Source: a virus
Reading direction: 5' to 3' (one strand)
DNA length: 64,000 bases
IMG/VR virus record: IMGVR_UViG_3300008448_000032
Span: 1-64,000 of that record
The notes under the pieces were generated by a model. That model was not told where the DNA came from and ran no database searches. It was given only the letters and a program-made list of their open reading frames with translations. Made by a program: the position numbers and the translations under genes. Positions 18,792-28,087 of this stretch are shown here, one piece after another. Position 1 is the first letter of the stretch; every line of letters starts with the position of its first letter.

Positions 18792-19727
18792 ATGGTGGGG
18801 GTAATTTACAGGATAACAAATTTATTAAATTCAAAGATCTATATAGGATCAGATACAAAAAACGGGGGAAAGGGAGATCCTTCATATATGGGATCCGGTA
18901 TTTTAATAAAAAAAGCAATCGAAAAATACGGGATTGCTAATTTTAAAAAAGAGATTCTTTTTCAATGTAGTTCATCGGATGAACTAAAAACAAAAGAAAC
19001 CGAATGTATTAGAGAGAATCGATCTTTTGACCGATCTATAGGATATAATATTTCCGACGGATACTGGGGAGGAAATACATTAACTAATCATCCCGATATA
19101 GAAAAAATTAAGAAAAAAATTTCTAATAATACGATTATTAATTCTTTTAAAATTACCGAGGGAAGAAAAAAATTTTATCTAAATGAAACCTCGGAAGAAA
19201 GAGAGAAAAGAATAAATAATATTAAAAAAGGAATGGAAAAAGCAGACAAGAGTTTTTTTCATAGTGATGTTTACGGAAAAAATCTTTCGGAAGGAATTAA
19301 AAATTCGGAAAAATTTCAGGATTATAATAAAAAAAGATCAGGATCTAAGAGAGGGAAATATTCAGTAAACTGGGATTCCTATGCAGAAAAAAGAAAAGAA
19401 GAAATATCTAAGATAAGTTCGGAAAAATTAAAGTGTGTTTTGGAGGGATTAGTAGATAAAGATCATTCAACATTTTTCTGCTATTTAAAAGTATATCTTC
19501 ATTTGGAGGATAAGGAAAAAATAGAAGGCCTTGATGATTTTATAGGATATTTAGAGGAAAATTTATATTCTTCAAATGTAAATCACATAGACATAAGAAA
19601 AAAATATAAAGAGATCGGATTGGAAAATAAAAAATTAGGAAAATCCACGACTGTTTTAAAAAGTCTTTATTCTTTTCAGATTAAAAATTATCCTAATATA
19701 ATAATTAATCCAGTTAAAAGGTTTTAA
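18792..19727 (+). mobile_element. Free-standing GIY-YIG (Seg-like) homing endonuclease gene
   Basis: GVIYRITN...KIYIGS, YMGSG..IKKAIEKYG..NFKKEIL, E..CI, GYNI; flanked by a duplicated gene end. Confidence 0.85.
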
Positions 19728-19761
19728 TAGATACTGAGATTATTTATAATCGGAGGTTTAG

Positions 19762-19812
19762 AATAAGGATTTATATCAACAAGCTAAGAAAGCAAAAGCT
19801 GCTAAGAAGTAA
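19762..19812 (+). repeat. Copy 2 of 51-bp repeat: orphaned gene 3' end
   Basis: Reads NKDLYQQAKKAKAAKK* with no start codon of its own. Confidence 0.85.
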
Positions 19813-19814
19813 TC

Positions 19815-20372
19815 TTATTTATCTTTTTTAATCTTTTCGTGTGAATCGGGGAGAACATTAAACCCGTACTTTTTTCCTAGTATTATTAGTAAAGGAGTAA
19901 TCGGTATAGGAGAAGGTATTCCTTGGATTGCTATTAGCGGAAGGACTTTAAGGAGATCTATAGATTGGTATTTTAGAAATTTCTTTTCGTCTTCAGTAAC
20001 CTCTTTCCCCATTACCATTTTTTGTAGAATTTCTGCTGCTTCTTTTGTTTCTTTGGATTCCCTCTTTACTCCTTGTTTAATCTCTTTTACGAGCTCTACT
20101 CCTTTCTTTAAAGCTTTCTGTGCATACTCGTAAGCTTTGTTCTCGAATATGAATTCTTCAAACCTCTTTATTCTTCCTTCTGAAAGCTTTTGATTTCCCT
20201 GATGAGCTAAAGATCTCTGAGCTAATTGGGATGTGTGAGTCTCTAGCTCTTCATGGGAATGGTATTTTTCTTCCGAAAATTCTCCGCATTTAGAGCATTC
20301 CCCGTTCTTTTTGTCTAATTTATTCCCGCAGTCTCTGCAGTGGGTTCTAGTATTTCTTTCGTTCTTTTTCAA
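19815..20372 (-). CDS. Zn-ribbon plus LETM1-like C-terminal domain protein
   Basis: CRDC...CSKC; internal RIKRFEEFIFE; ESKETKEAAEIL...VTEDEKKFLKYQSIDLLKVLPLIAI..IP...ITPLL...VLPDS. Confidence 0.5.
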   Translation of the reverse strand: MKKNERNTRTHCRDCGNKLDKKNGECSKCGEFSEEKYHSHEELETHTSQLAQRSLAHQGNQKLSEGRIKRFEEFIFENKAYEYAQKALKKGVELVKEIKQGVKRESKETKEAAEILQKMVMGKEVTEDEKKFLKYQSIDLLKVLPLIAIQGIPSPIPITPLLIILGKKYGFNVLPDSHEKIKKDK

Positions 20373-20373
20373 A

Positions 20374-22086
20374 TTATTTTGCTGCTATAAGAGAATCTAT
20401 TTTAGTAATATTTTCGTCTTTGTATTCGATAGCAGAAAGAAGTTTTTTGTATTGGTCTTCTGGTATATTAAAGGACTTCCCTTTTTGCTTCAAGGCTATA
20501 AACCCCTCTATTTCTTTAATTATAGAAAGAGTAGTTTCTTTTATTTCCTCCATATCTTTCTTAGTGTAATCTCCTTCCACAACATAATCAAAAACCTCCC
20601 ATGCACTTACTGTGTACATTCCACTTAACTTAAATTCTTTAAGGAAATCTGAAGTAGGAATGCCTCTCTCTTCTCTAACTATAAACGAAACTATTCCTGA
20701 AACTTGATCCCATTGATCTGGAGAAACTACGCCATTGAATATTCCTTGTTTTATGTTTATTAAACTCTTTATTAGAGAATTAGGGGTTAAAGATTTACTT
20801 TCTCTATAAAATTTCTCCAAAGAAAGTTTTATGGTTACCTCTTCATCAAATTTATCTATAATTTCTTGGATGAGTTCTTGTGGGTATTCAAGTTGTTTTA
20901 AGAATGCTGCATAATTTATTCCCGATCTATGGAAATCCCTATCTGATCCTGTATTGGTCTTCCAAGCACAGTTTTTAACAACCCCGTCTTTTTTGATAGT
21001 TACTCCTAAAAGGTATTTTTTGTTTGCTTTAGGCAGATTTCCGTTTATTATATTTAATTGAATAGATCCATCGCCGTAGCTCCAGAAAGTAGAATCATTA
21101 TTTATACAGAAATTAGTGTCCCCAGAAACTGCTCTTTGTGCTTCTGGAGTTCTAGCCGACATGGCTAAATACCCTTTTTTGTTATAGAAAATACCGGCTC
21201 TAAGTCCTAGAGCTACTATTTTTTCTGTGTATTCATCTAACCCAAGATTCCAATTATCTACTAAATCAGAAGAATCCCTGACCAGAGTTTTAAAAGCTAC
21301 TTTAGGGTCCTTGAATTGAGGATATGCTTTTAAATTATCCGGCGTATCCGAATATTTCATCCCTGTAGTTTTTTTCCACTCTTTAAAAGGATATTCAGTT
21401 TCTCCCGTTTCGGGGTTTACCCTGGGTTTTAATTTTTCTAGAGATAGAGCTATTAATTCTAATTCCTCTATTAATTTTTTATCCGAAGGATCTTTAGAAG
21501 AAGAAGCTTTCTTAAATTCTTCTTTCATTCTAGGTATAAAATCGTCGTAGATTTTTTTAAGCTTTCTTTTGGATTGCATTGCTCTAAGATCATCCCCTAA
21601 TACCTCATATGCTGGGCTTTCGTCTTCCTTAGAAGGAATTATCCTAGCATAAGCATCTACATTTTTTAAAGGAAGTTCATTTAGGCTTGGCTTCAATTCA
21701 ACCATCATATTATAGATACCAGTAGGACTACCTACCGTGGCACTTTCTGGATCCATTTCTACGGATACCAACTCTTCCCAAGGGCATCCATCTATAACAT
21801 ATAATTTTGTAAGAAGGTATATCCATCCTTCATTCTTAGGTAATTTTTTAGATCCCCCCGGTTTACTCGAGGGATGAAGTTCTCCATTTTCGTGGTACTT
21901 CCCTTCTTTGGCAAGGTCCAAAATTTGCTGGTACCTTGGATCTCTCCATATGCTCTTTTTGATCTCTTCTGGAATCTCGTTTACATTCTTTTTTTGTTTT
22001 TCTGCATAATCCTTTACCAATAAAGCTTTTGCTGCAGCTATGTTTTCTAGTATTAAAGATGATTTTTGTAGTTCGTAAAAGTCCAT
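20374..22086 (-). CDS. 570-aa hypothetical late protein
   Basis: Long ORF; leader ending LILE; SARTPEAQRAVSGDTNFCI motif; promoter at 22108-22115. Confidence 0.6.
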   Translation of the reverse strand: MDFYELQKSSLILENIAAAKALLVKDYAEKQKKNVNEIPEEIKKSIWRDPRYQQILDLAKEGKYHENGELHPSSKPGGSKKLPKNEGWIYLLTKLYVIDGCPWEELVSVEMDPESATVGSPTGIYNMMVELKPSLNELPLKNVDAYARIIPSKEDESPAYEVLGDDLRAMQSKRKLKKIYDDFIPRMKEEFKKASSSKDPSDKKLIEELELIALSLEKLKPRVNPETGETEYPFKEWKKTTGMKYSDTPDNLKAYPQFKDPKVAFKTLVRDSSDLVDNWNLGLDEYTEKIVALGLRAGIFYNKKGYLAMSARTPEAQRAVSGDTNFCINNDSTFWSYGDGSIQLNIINGNLPKANKKYLLGVTIKKDGVVKNCAWKTNTGSDRDFHRSGINYAAFLKQLEYPQELIQEIIDKFDEEVTIKLSLEKFYRESKSLTPNSLIKSLINIKQGIFNGVVSPDQWDQVSGIVSFIVREERGIPTSDFLKEFKLSGMYTVSAWEVFDYVVEGDYTKKDMEEIKETTLSIIKEIEGFIALKQKGKSFNIPEDQYKKLLSAIEYKDENITKIDSLIAAK

Positions 22087-22100
22087 TTTTATAAAATTAT

Positions 22101-22120
22101 TTTTTGATATATATCAAAAA
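22101..22120. promoter_or_regulatory. Palindromic bidirectional late promoter
   Basis: Perfect 20-bp palindrome TTTTTGATATATATCAAAAA carries GATATATA on both strands between divergent genes. Confidence 0.75.
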
Positions 22121-22134
22121 TAAAATCTCAGAAT

Positions 22135-22419
22135 ATGAAAATTTACAACTCGATAAATGAGTTTTTGGCAAATTCTCCAAAACCAGGGGTAAGACCCGAA
22201 ATAAAACCAGGGGTAACTCCAGGTACTAAACCTAAATACCCATCTCCTATAAGAAGAGATAAGCCTTCAGTTGTACCGGATAAAAAGGCAGAAATAGAAG
22301 TTCTAACGGTTAAGGCTACCGAAGAAGATTTAGTGGAAAGATTTATCTCTGAATTAAGAGAGCAAGATAAAGAAGTGGAAATTGCATTTTCTGCTATGAA
22401 AAAAAGATACTCTAAATAA
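22135..22419 (+). CDS. Small Pro-rich protein with leader MKIYNSINE
   Basis: PKPGVRPEIKPGVTPGTKP repeats. Confidence 0.55.
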   Translation: MKIYNSINEFLANSPKPGVRPEIKPGVTPGTKPKYPSPIRRDKPSVVPDKKAEIEVLTVKATEEDLVERFISELREQDKEVEIAFSAMKKRYSK

Positions 22420-22425
22420 TAAATT

Positions 22426-24117
22426 ATGATTAAAAGTTTTGAACAATATTTAAATGAAGCTTCTCTGGGAGGAAACCCTGGAATACCTGGGGAAGGAGGA
22501 AAATCTGGATCTTATAGGCTAGAAACTGAAATGTACTCTAAACAACAAGTAAGAGATCTAGAAAGAAGATACGGTCCTAAAATGGCACAACTTCCTATGC
22601 TAGCTAATAGATTAAGAGAGTTACAGTCCGGACACGAAAAAGATCTAGAAAAATTAGCAGAAAAAGCAATTAGATCCCTATACGGAAGAATGATAGAAGA
22701 TGTTACTCTAGATATTAAATTTCCCCAACCTGGAGAAATTCCAAAAATGATGGAAGACGTTCCTGATGCATCTCCTAAAATCCTTAAGATACCCAAAATT
22801 GAAGAGCTTAAGGACAAAGATATAATATCGGAAATCCAAAAAAGAAAAATAATAAACAACATAACCCAAGGAGAAGCAGTTAATTCCAAAAAAGCTTTAA
22901 ACCTTCCAGAAGTCATTGAAGGGATGAAGAAAATAATGGGAGACGAGAAAGCAAAAGAGTACATAAAACTTTCAAATGAAGTTAGTGATATAGCTCAAGC
23001 TTACTATTGGATAATTCCGGTAGAAGTACAGGAGAGAATGTGGAAAACCAATAAAGAGGGGATGAGTGGAGTAGTTGGCGTTGATTGGGAAGAAAAAACT
23101 GAATCTGAAGAAGACCTAGCTAAAAAAATTCTGGATAGTCTAAATAAAGACGGGGATCTTCCTAAAGAAGAGACCGAAGAACTTTTCTACGAAACTCAGC
23201 CAACAATAAAAGCAAGGGGGAAAGATTTTTCTATGCTTATCCACGAAACGGTTAAAGGAGTTTATGAACTAATCGCTGCTATTGCAATTCCTGACGGCGA
23301 AGAGGTAGCGGGAACAGTTCTTATGAATACAGATTCATTAGCAGATGAAATAGAAGATCTTAGATATGGACCTAAGATAGCATCCGATATTAGAGACTAC
23401 CTAAATACGTTCCCTGAAGTTCAAAATGATGAAGTTCCTAATCTAAGAGAACACATCATGGGCAAACTCTACATCATGGATGCCCCAGAATTTCTAGATG
23501 TTATTCTTTCTATACTTAATGGGGATAATAGACACAGAAGAAATATAGAAGGAATAATTAAAGATGTAATTAAAGAGATAAGAGATTTTGAACTAGAAGG
23601 AGCTTTAGGAGATTTTGGTATAGATAACGATGACGATTATATGCCAGAACCACAGGGTAAAAAAGATTATTCTCAAATGGATAATGTAGATCTTAAGAGA
23701 CATCTGGATGATGCTTTAGATAGAAGGGATTTTGACGAGGCAAGAATAATCCATTCTTATATAAAGGAATCTAAAGAAGCAGACGAGGCTTGGGCTCTAA
23801 TCCACACTTACGGAGGATACCCTTCTAATTCAGATCCTTCCCAGATAAATGAATCCGAAGAATTCAATGATCTATATAAAGGAACAGTTCTGACAATGGA
23901 CGTTATAGATGGAAAGACCAGAGAGAAAAAAGGAACCATAAAAACTAAAATAAACGAAATGGTTCTAGAGGGTAACTCTTATTTTCTAAGATGTTCCGGA
24001 GACGTAAATATAGTTTACGATAAAGACACACAAGAATTTGTAGAAGGTTATAAACCCCAATATTTAGTTTATCAATTGGATGAATCAAATTCTCAAATTC
24101 TAGATTTTTTAAAATAA
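22426..24117 (+). CDS. 563-aa protein with leader MIKSFEQYLNE
   Basis: Long ORF; PTIKARGKDFSMLIHETVKG...DEIEDLRYGP core; UVR-like LDDALDRRDFDEA. Confidence 0.6.
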   Translation: MIKSFEQYLNEASLGGNPGIPGEGGKSGSYRLETEMYSKQQVRDLERRYGPKMAQLPMLANRLRELQSGHEKDLEKLAEKAIRSLYGRMIEDVTLDIKFPQPGEIPKMMEDVPDASPKILKIPKIEELKDKDIISEIQKRKIINNITQGEAVNSKKALNLPEVIEGMKKIMGDEKAKEYIKLSNEVSDIAQAYYWIIPVEVQERMWKTNKEGMSGVVGVDWEEKTESEEDLAKKILDSLNKDGDLPKEETEELFYETQPTIKARGKDFSMLIHETVKGVYELIAAIAIPDGEEVAGTVLMNTDSLADEIEDLRYGPKIASDIRDYLNTFPEVQNDEVPNLREHIMGKLYIMDAPEFLDVILSILNGDNRHRRNIEGIIKDVIKEIRDFELEGALGDFGIDNDDDYMPEPQGKKDYSQMDNVDLKRHLDDALDRRDFDEARIIHSYIKESKEADEAWALIHTYGGYPSNSDPSQINESEEFNDLYKGTVLTMDVIDGKTREKKGTIKTKINEMVLEGNSYFLRCSGDVNIVYDKDTQEFVEGYKPQYLVYQLDESNSQILDFLK

Positions 24118-24179
24118 ACCAAAAAAATAAAAACAAAAAGGATATATAATTCAATTAACTTAAAAATAAATAATAAAAT

Positions 24180-25664
24180 ATGAAAACAACAAGACCAGTA
24201 TTTGAAAGTTTTTATTCTTTCGTAGATTTTCTTAATGAATCTATTGATGGAGAATATTACGAAGATTATCTTTTAGAGGATGAAGGAGATCCGGGAGATG
24301 AATTAGATTCTGACACAGAAACCGGAAAGCTTTCCGAATTTTCAAATAGTCTAAGAGGGATGGAAAAAATTAATCCAAAAATTGTAGAAAAACTTTCAGC
24401 TTCATTTAAAACATTGGTTACCGATGCAGGAGCAAAAGCTTTGGAATCTTATGCCCAAAAAATTGCATCTTTTGCTGCATCTACGAAATCAGGAGTTAAA
24501 TTGATAAGAAACCAATTGACTGGAGGTGGCGCCGGAGCATATTATAAGTGGTTAATTAACGGGACTTGTAAAGTTAAAGGTCAGCCAGCAATGAATGAAG
24601 AAGGAGTTATTAGAGATCTAGCTTTAACTGTAGATGACGATGGATCGTCTTTCTACCCTCTTTCTGATGTTCTTATTGGAATATTACAGAGAAATTTGAA
24701 AGCTTTATCCGATGTATTGGCAACAAAAGATGAAAAAACAATCCAAAAAGCTGCTAATGGAGGTAAAAAAGGAGGAAATGGAATAATTGAAAAAAAACAA
24801 TTGTTAACGATAGATCCAGCATCAATAAAAACCAGAATATTAGAAGTACTCCCGTACGAGAAAGAATTCCATACGGCGGCAAAAAAAGATATGAGAGACG
24901 GGACTCAAGTGGGACCAAAAGACAGCTATGTAATTTCTGCTTCCCGACTAGACGGAAAAGATAAAGTTAAATTTGGGAGATATGAATATGCCTTTGTCCT
25001 TCCTATTTGGGCTTTAGTCCCATCGTCTATAAAAGCATCTACCAACAAGGTGGATGAAAAAACATATACGACTGTTCTTCCCCCTGCTCAGGGAACTGAA
25101 ATTAAAATTGTAGATAAGCCTTTTAATTCTTCTAAAGAGCAATTCTTTTCAGCAGGATCCGTAACTTTATTACAATCAGGGGTAAATGATATGAAAGCTA
25201 TGCTTTCTCAATTTAATTCGATAGAAAAAATAAAAGTTGTAGGTGGAGCATCCCAAGCTCCTACTAAATATGTATCTTCTAATGAAGAAACAAAAAAAGA
25301 AATTACCCAAGAAAATACAAAAGCAGCAAAAGTGTTAATAGGAAATGGATATCTTGCTTATGACCGAATGCTAGCAGGGGTAAGCGCTTTTGAAAAAATG
25401 AAGGAAGATGGAATCCAGCAACTTAAAAATTGTACTATAGAAAAATCTACGGCAGATGAAGTTCTTAAAAATGTACAAACGATAGATGCAGAAAGTGATC
25501 CTAAAATGCAACAAATTACTTTTTATGTTAGTGGTATGGTCAAAGGAGTAGATCAAATAGCAGATAATAAACCAACTATAATTAAAAGGACTGTTGACAT
25601 AACATCTCAACAGGTGAAAATTGTTCAATTTCAATATGTTTTAGCATTTGATATTAAGAAATAA
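24180..25664 (+). CDS. Leader-bearing protein with OmpA-like C-terminal domain
   Basis: VFESFYSFVDFLNE; FFSAGSVTL...IKVVGGASQ...GNGYLAYDRM resembles OmpA C-terminal motifs; GATATATA at 24141. Confidence 0.5.
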   Translation: MKTTRPVFESFYSFVDFLNESIDGEYYEDYLLEDEGDPGDELDSDTETGKLSEFSNSLRGMEKINPKIVEKLSASFKTLVTDAGAKALESYAQKIASFAASTKSGVKLIRNQLTGGGAGAYYKWLINGTCKVKGQPAMNEEGVIRDLALTVDDDGSSFYPLSDVLIGILQRNLKALSDVLATKDEKTIQKAANGGKKGGNGIIEKKQLLTIDPASIKTRILEVLPYEKEFHTAAKKDMRDGTQVGPKDSYVISASRLDGKDKVKFGRYEYAFVLPIWALVPSSIKASTNKVDEKTYTTVLPPAQGTEIKIVDKPFNSSKEQFFSAGSVTLLQSGVNDMKAMLSQFNSIEKIKVVGGASQAPTKYVSSNEETKKEITQENTKAAKVLIGNGYLAYDRMLAGVSAFEKMKEDGIQQLKNCTIEKSTADEVLKNVQTIDAESDPKMQQITFYVSGMVKGVDQIADNKPTIIKRTVDITSQQVKIVQFQYVLAFDIKK

Positions 25665-25678
25665 TAAGAAACAATAAG

Positions 25679-25720
25679 AAACAAAAAAACCCAGATTTTT
25701 AAATCTGGGTTTTTTTGTTT
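25679..25720. terminator. Bidirectional intrinsic terminator
   Basis: 20-bp perfect inverted repeat AAACAAAAAAACCCAGATTT-TT-AAATCTGGGTTTTTTTGTTT between convergent genes. Confidence 0.9.
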
Positions 25721-25730
25721 CCCCAATTTT

Positions 25731-26234
25731 TTATTCTATCTCTGAAATTTCTGAAATTCCAGAAAGACTTTCCCTTGTTATATTATTATCAACAATTAAT
25801 CCGTATCGGATTAATCCCCCATATTGTTTAGTAGCTACTGCTGAAAAATCTACATAATATTTTTTTATAGTTTTTTCTCCCCCAAAATTAGGACTGTTGT
25901 ATAAATATTCAACGTATTCCTTTACTATCCTTTTAGCTTCAGATAATTCATCTTTTTCGTGATTAACCATCCCTCCTCCTTTTGTACCAAAGCACATTGG
26001 ATCCCCTGCTTCTTCCTGACTAACTGCTTTTGCTGCATAGTTATTAGTAGTGTCTTCGATCATCCAAGGAAATGCTACGTACATTTCTTGAGTTAAATAC
26101 TTTTGGAATAATTGGACATCAAATCCTTTGCTGATGTCGAATCCATCCGATTCACTAAAATCTTCGAATCCTGTCTTTTGTGCATTAATAGATGTTCCAA
26201 ATGCTAATGCTAAAACTAAAACTAACTTTTTCAT
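25731..26234 (-). CDS. Secreted/periplasmic protein with signal peptide
   Basis: MKKLVLVLALAFGTSINA|Q, cleavage before Gln as is common in Bacteroidota. Confidence 0.65.
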   Translation of the reverse strand: MKKLVLVLALAFGTSINAQKTGFEDFSESDGFDISKGFDVQLFQKYLTQEMYVAFPWMIEDTTNNYAAKAVSQEEAGDPMCFGTKGGGMVNHEKDELSEAKRIVKEYVEYLYNSPNFGGEKTIKKYYVDFSAVATKQYGGLIRYGLIVDNNITRESLSGISEISEIE

Positions 26235-26271
26235 GGCTTTTAAAAATTAAATTAATAAATTATTTATAGAT

Positions 26272-26279
26272 CAAATATA
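26272..26279 (-). promoter_or_regulatory. Bacteroidota-type -7 element TATATTTG
   Basis: Upstream of 25731..26234. Confidence 0.55.
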
Positions 26280-26328
26280 CGGTATTTATCGTAGAAAAAA
26301 AATTTCCGGTAAAAAAATTTAAAAAAAA

Positions 26329-26356
26329 GAAACTAAAAGAAATAAAATCATATAAG
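26329..26356 (+). promoter_or_regulatory. Putative promoter GAAAC-N17-TATAAG
   Basis: 5 nt before the helicase ATG. Confidence 0.5.
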
Positions 26357-26361
26357 GGTCG

Positions 26362-27816
26362 ATGACTAAATTAAAAAAGAAAGAATTAATACCTAAGGTA
26401 GACACATCTACACTAAACGAGGACCAGAAAAAGTCTTTTGATTCCCTGGTAGATTTTATAACGGATCTCAATGATGATTCTATATACGTTCTAAAGGGAT
26501 GGGCAGGAACTGGAAAAACTTACACCATAAGTCTTCTCGTTAGATACGTTTTAGAAGTCATACAGCCGACTCGTCTCTGGTACAAAGTTGGTGTTACCGG
26601 TCCTACTAATAAATCCGTACGCGTAATAAGAAAAGCAACTGGCATATCCAGCTCTAGAGTTCAGTTTCAAACTGTCCATAAGATACTTGGGCTTTCAGAA
26701 AAGATCACCTCAGATGGACAGCAGATCTTTGTCAATGATGGGGATTTTAGACCACAGATAAGAACTCTAAAGCTTCTTATTGTTGATGAGGTATCTATGC
26801 TCAACGACGATCTTTTTGAGGAACTTCTTAAATATCGGGATAAAACCAAAATCATTTTTATGGGGGATCCAGCTCAGATTCCTCCCGTAGGAAGACCTGA
26901 TTGTATTCCTTTTAGGGATGAGCTCCTAGATGGATATAGAATAAAAACTCTAAATCTCAGACAGATAATGAGACAAAAAGAGGGAAATCCCATAATAGAA
27001 TCTTCTGTAAAGATAAGGAAGAATATAGGAAATTCTAATTCCGGAATCTCCCCCGAAAATAAAATAAATCAAATAGGTGAAGGAGTAGAATTTGTAAATC
27101 TAAATTCTCCGGAATCCAGATCTTCTTTCAGAACAATTTTAGAGAAATACTTTAAAACTGATAGATTTAAAGATGACCCAGAATACTGTAAGATAATAGG
27201 ATGGAGAAATAAAACTATATCCTCTATGAACGATCTAGTAAGAAAGGTTATCTACGGAGAAGAAGCTCTATCTTCTAAGATTCTAATTGGGGAAAAACTC
27301 ATAGCAAATTCTCCTATCCTCGAAAAAGACACGATAATATTTAATACCAATGACGAATTTACTGTGGAATCTTTCGAAGTAGAATCAGAAGATCTAAGGT
27401 TTAAAGTCTCCGATCATCCGGATGACGACCCGTACCCGATATCTCTAAAACATTACGAAGCCTTAGTTTCCTACTTGGACGAAGATGATGATTTGGTAAG
27501 AAGAACCATCCGTATCCTTCACGAAGACAGCGAAGAAGAATTTAAAAAATTAGCAAACGTACTTAAGCTTAGAGCTATAAATAAAAAGGGAAAGGATAAG
27601 AGCTGGCTTGTCTATTATAATTTCCTTAGAAGGTACGCAGATGTTATGTACAGTTATTCGATAACTGCACACAAGGCACAGGGAAGCACATACGACACGG
27701 TATTCCTACTAGAAGACGATATAGATGTTAATTGGAACATCATAGAAAGAAACCGAATAAAATACACAGCTTATACGAGATCAAGTCGAAAACTCTATGT
27801 GGTCAAAAGATATTAA
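26362..27816 (+). CDS. dda: Dda/RecD-like SF1B DNA helicase
   Basis: LNEDQ, GWAGTGKT, GPTNKS, VDEVSM, GDPAQIPPV, QIMRQ, YSITAHKAQGSTY, YTAYTR. Confidence 0.9.
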   Translation: MTKLKKKELIPKVDTSTLNEDQKKSFDSLVDFITDLNDDSIYVLKGWAGTGKTYTISLLVRYVLEVIQPTRLWYKVGVTGPTNKSVRVIRKATGISSSRVQFQTVHKILGLSEKITSDGQQIFVNDGDFRPQIRTLKLLIVDEVSMLNDDLFEELLKYRDKTKIIFMGDPAQIPPVGRPDCIPFRDELLDGYRIKTLNLRQIMRQKEGNPIIESSVKIRKNIGNSNSGISPENKINQIGEGVEFVNLNSPESRSSFRTILEKYFKTDRFKDDPEYCKIIGWRNKTISSMNDLVRKVIYGEEALSSKILIGEKLIANSPILEKDTIIFNTNDEFTVESFEVESEDLRFKVSDHPDDDPYPISLKHYEALVSYLDEDDDLVRRTIRILHEDSEEEFKKLANVLKLRAINKKGKDKSWLVYYNFLRRYADVMYSYSITAHKAQGSTYDTVFLLEDDIDVNWNIIERNRIKYTAYTRSSRKLYVVKRY

Positions 27817-27861
27817 GCAGAAAAAGATATATAAAACATATTAACCTTAAAACTAATAAAA

Positions 27862-28023
27862 ATGAAAAAAGAACAAATTTTAGGAATTGCTAGACACACA
27901 TTAACTTTTATCGGTGGTATTCTAGTAACAAAAGGACTTTTTGATGCATCTGTTTGGGCAGAAATTTCAGGAAGTGTTATCACGTTAGCTGGTCTTATCT
28001 GGTCAGTTATCGATAAAAAATAA
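27862..28023 (+). CDS. 53-aa two-TM putative holin (absent from the ORF track)
   Basis: MKKEQILGIARHTLTFIGGILVTKGLFDASVWAEISGSVITLAGLIWSVIDKK*; GATATATA at 27826; own terminator. Confidence 0.7.
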   Translation: MKKEQILGIARHTLTFIGGILVTKGLFDASVWAEISGSVITLAGLIWSVIDKK

Positions 28024-28043
28024 GAACCTTCCCTATTCGTCAT

Positions 28044-28069
28044 CCCCAGGAGAAATTCTGGGGTTTTTT
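28044..28069 (+). terminator. Intrinsic terminator after putative holin
   Basis: CCCCAGGA-GAAA-TTCTGGGG then TTTTTT. Confidence 0.8.
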
Positions 28070-28087
28070 GTGATATATAAAAATAAA

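Noticed and set aside
18747-19761. Group I intron carrying the GIY-YIG gene
   Set aside because: The upstream gene already has a complete end and stop, the flanks are too short for a ribozyme core, and the nuclease has its own promoter
27813-28043. 76-aa minus-strand ORF in the track
   Set aside because: Shadow of the plus-strand holin-like gene, which has a promoter and terminator
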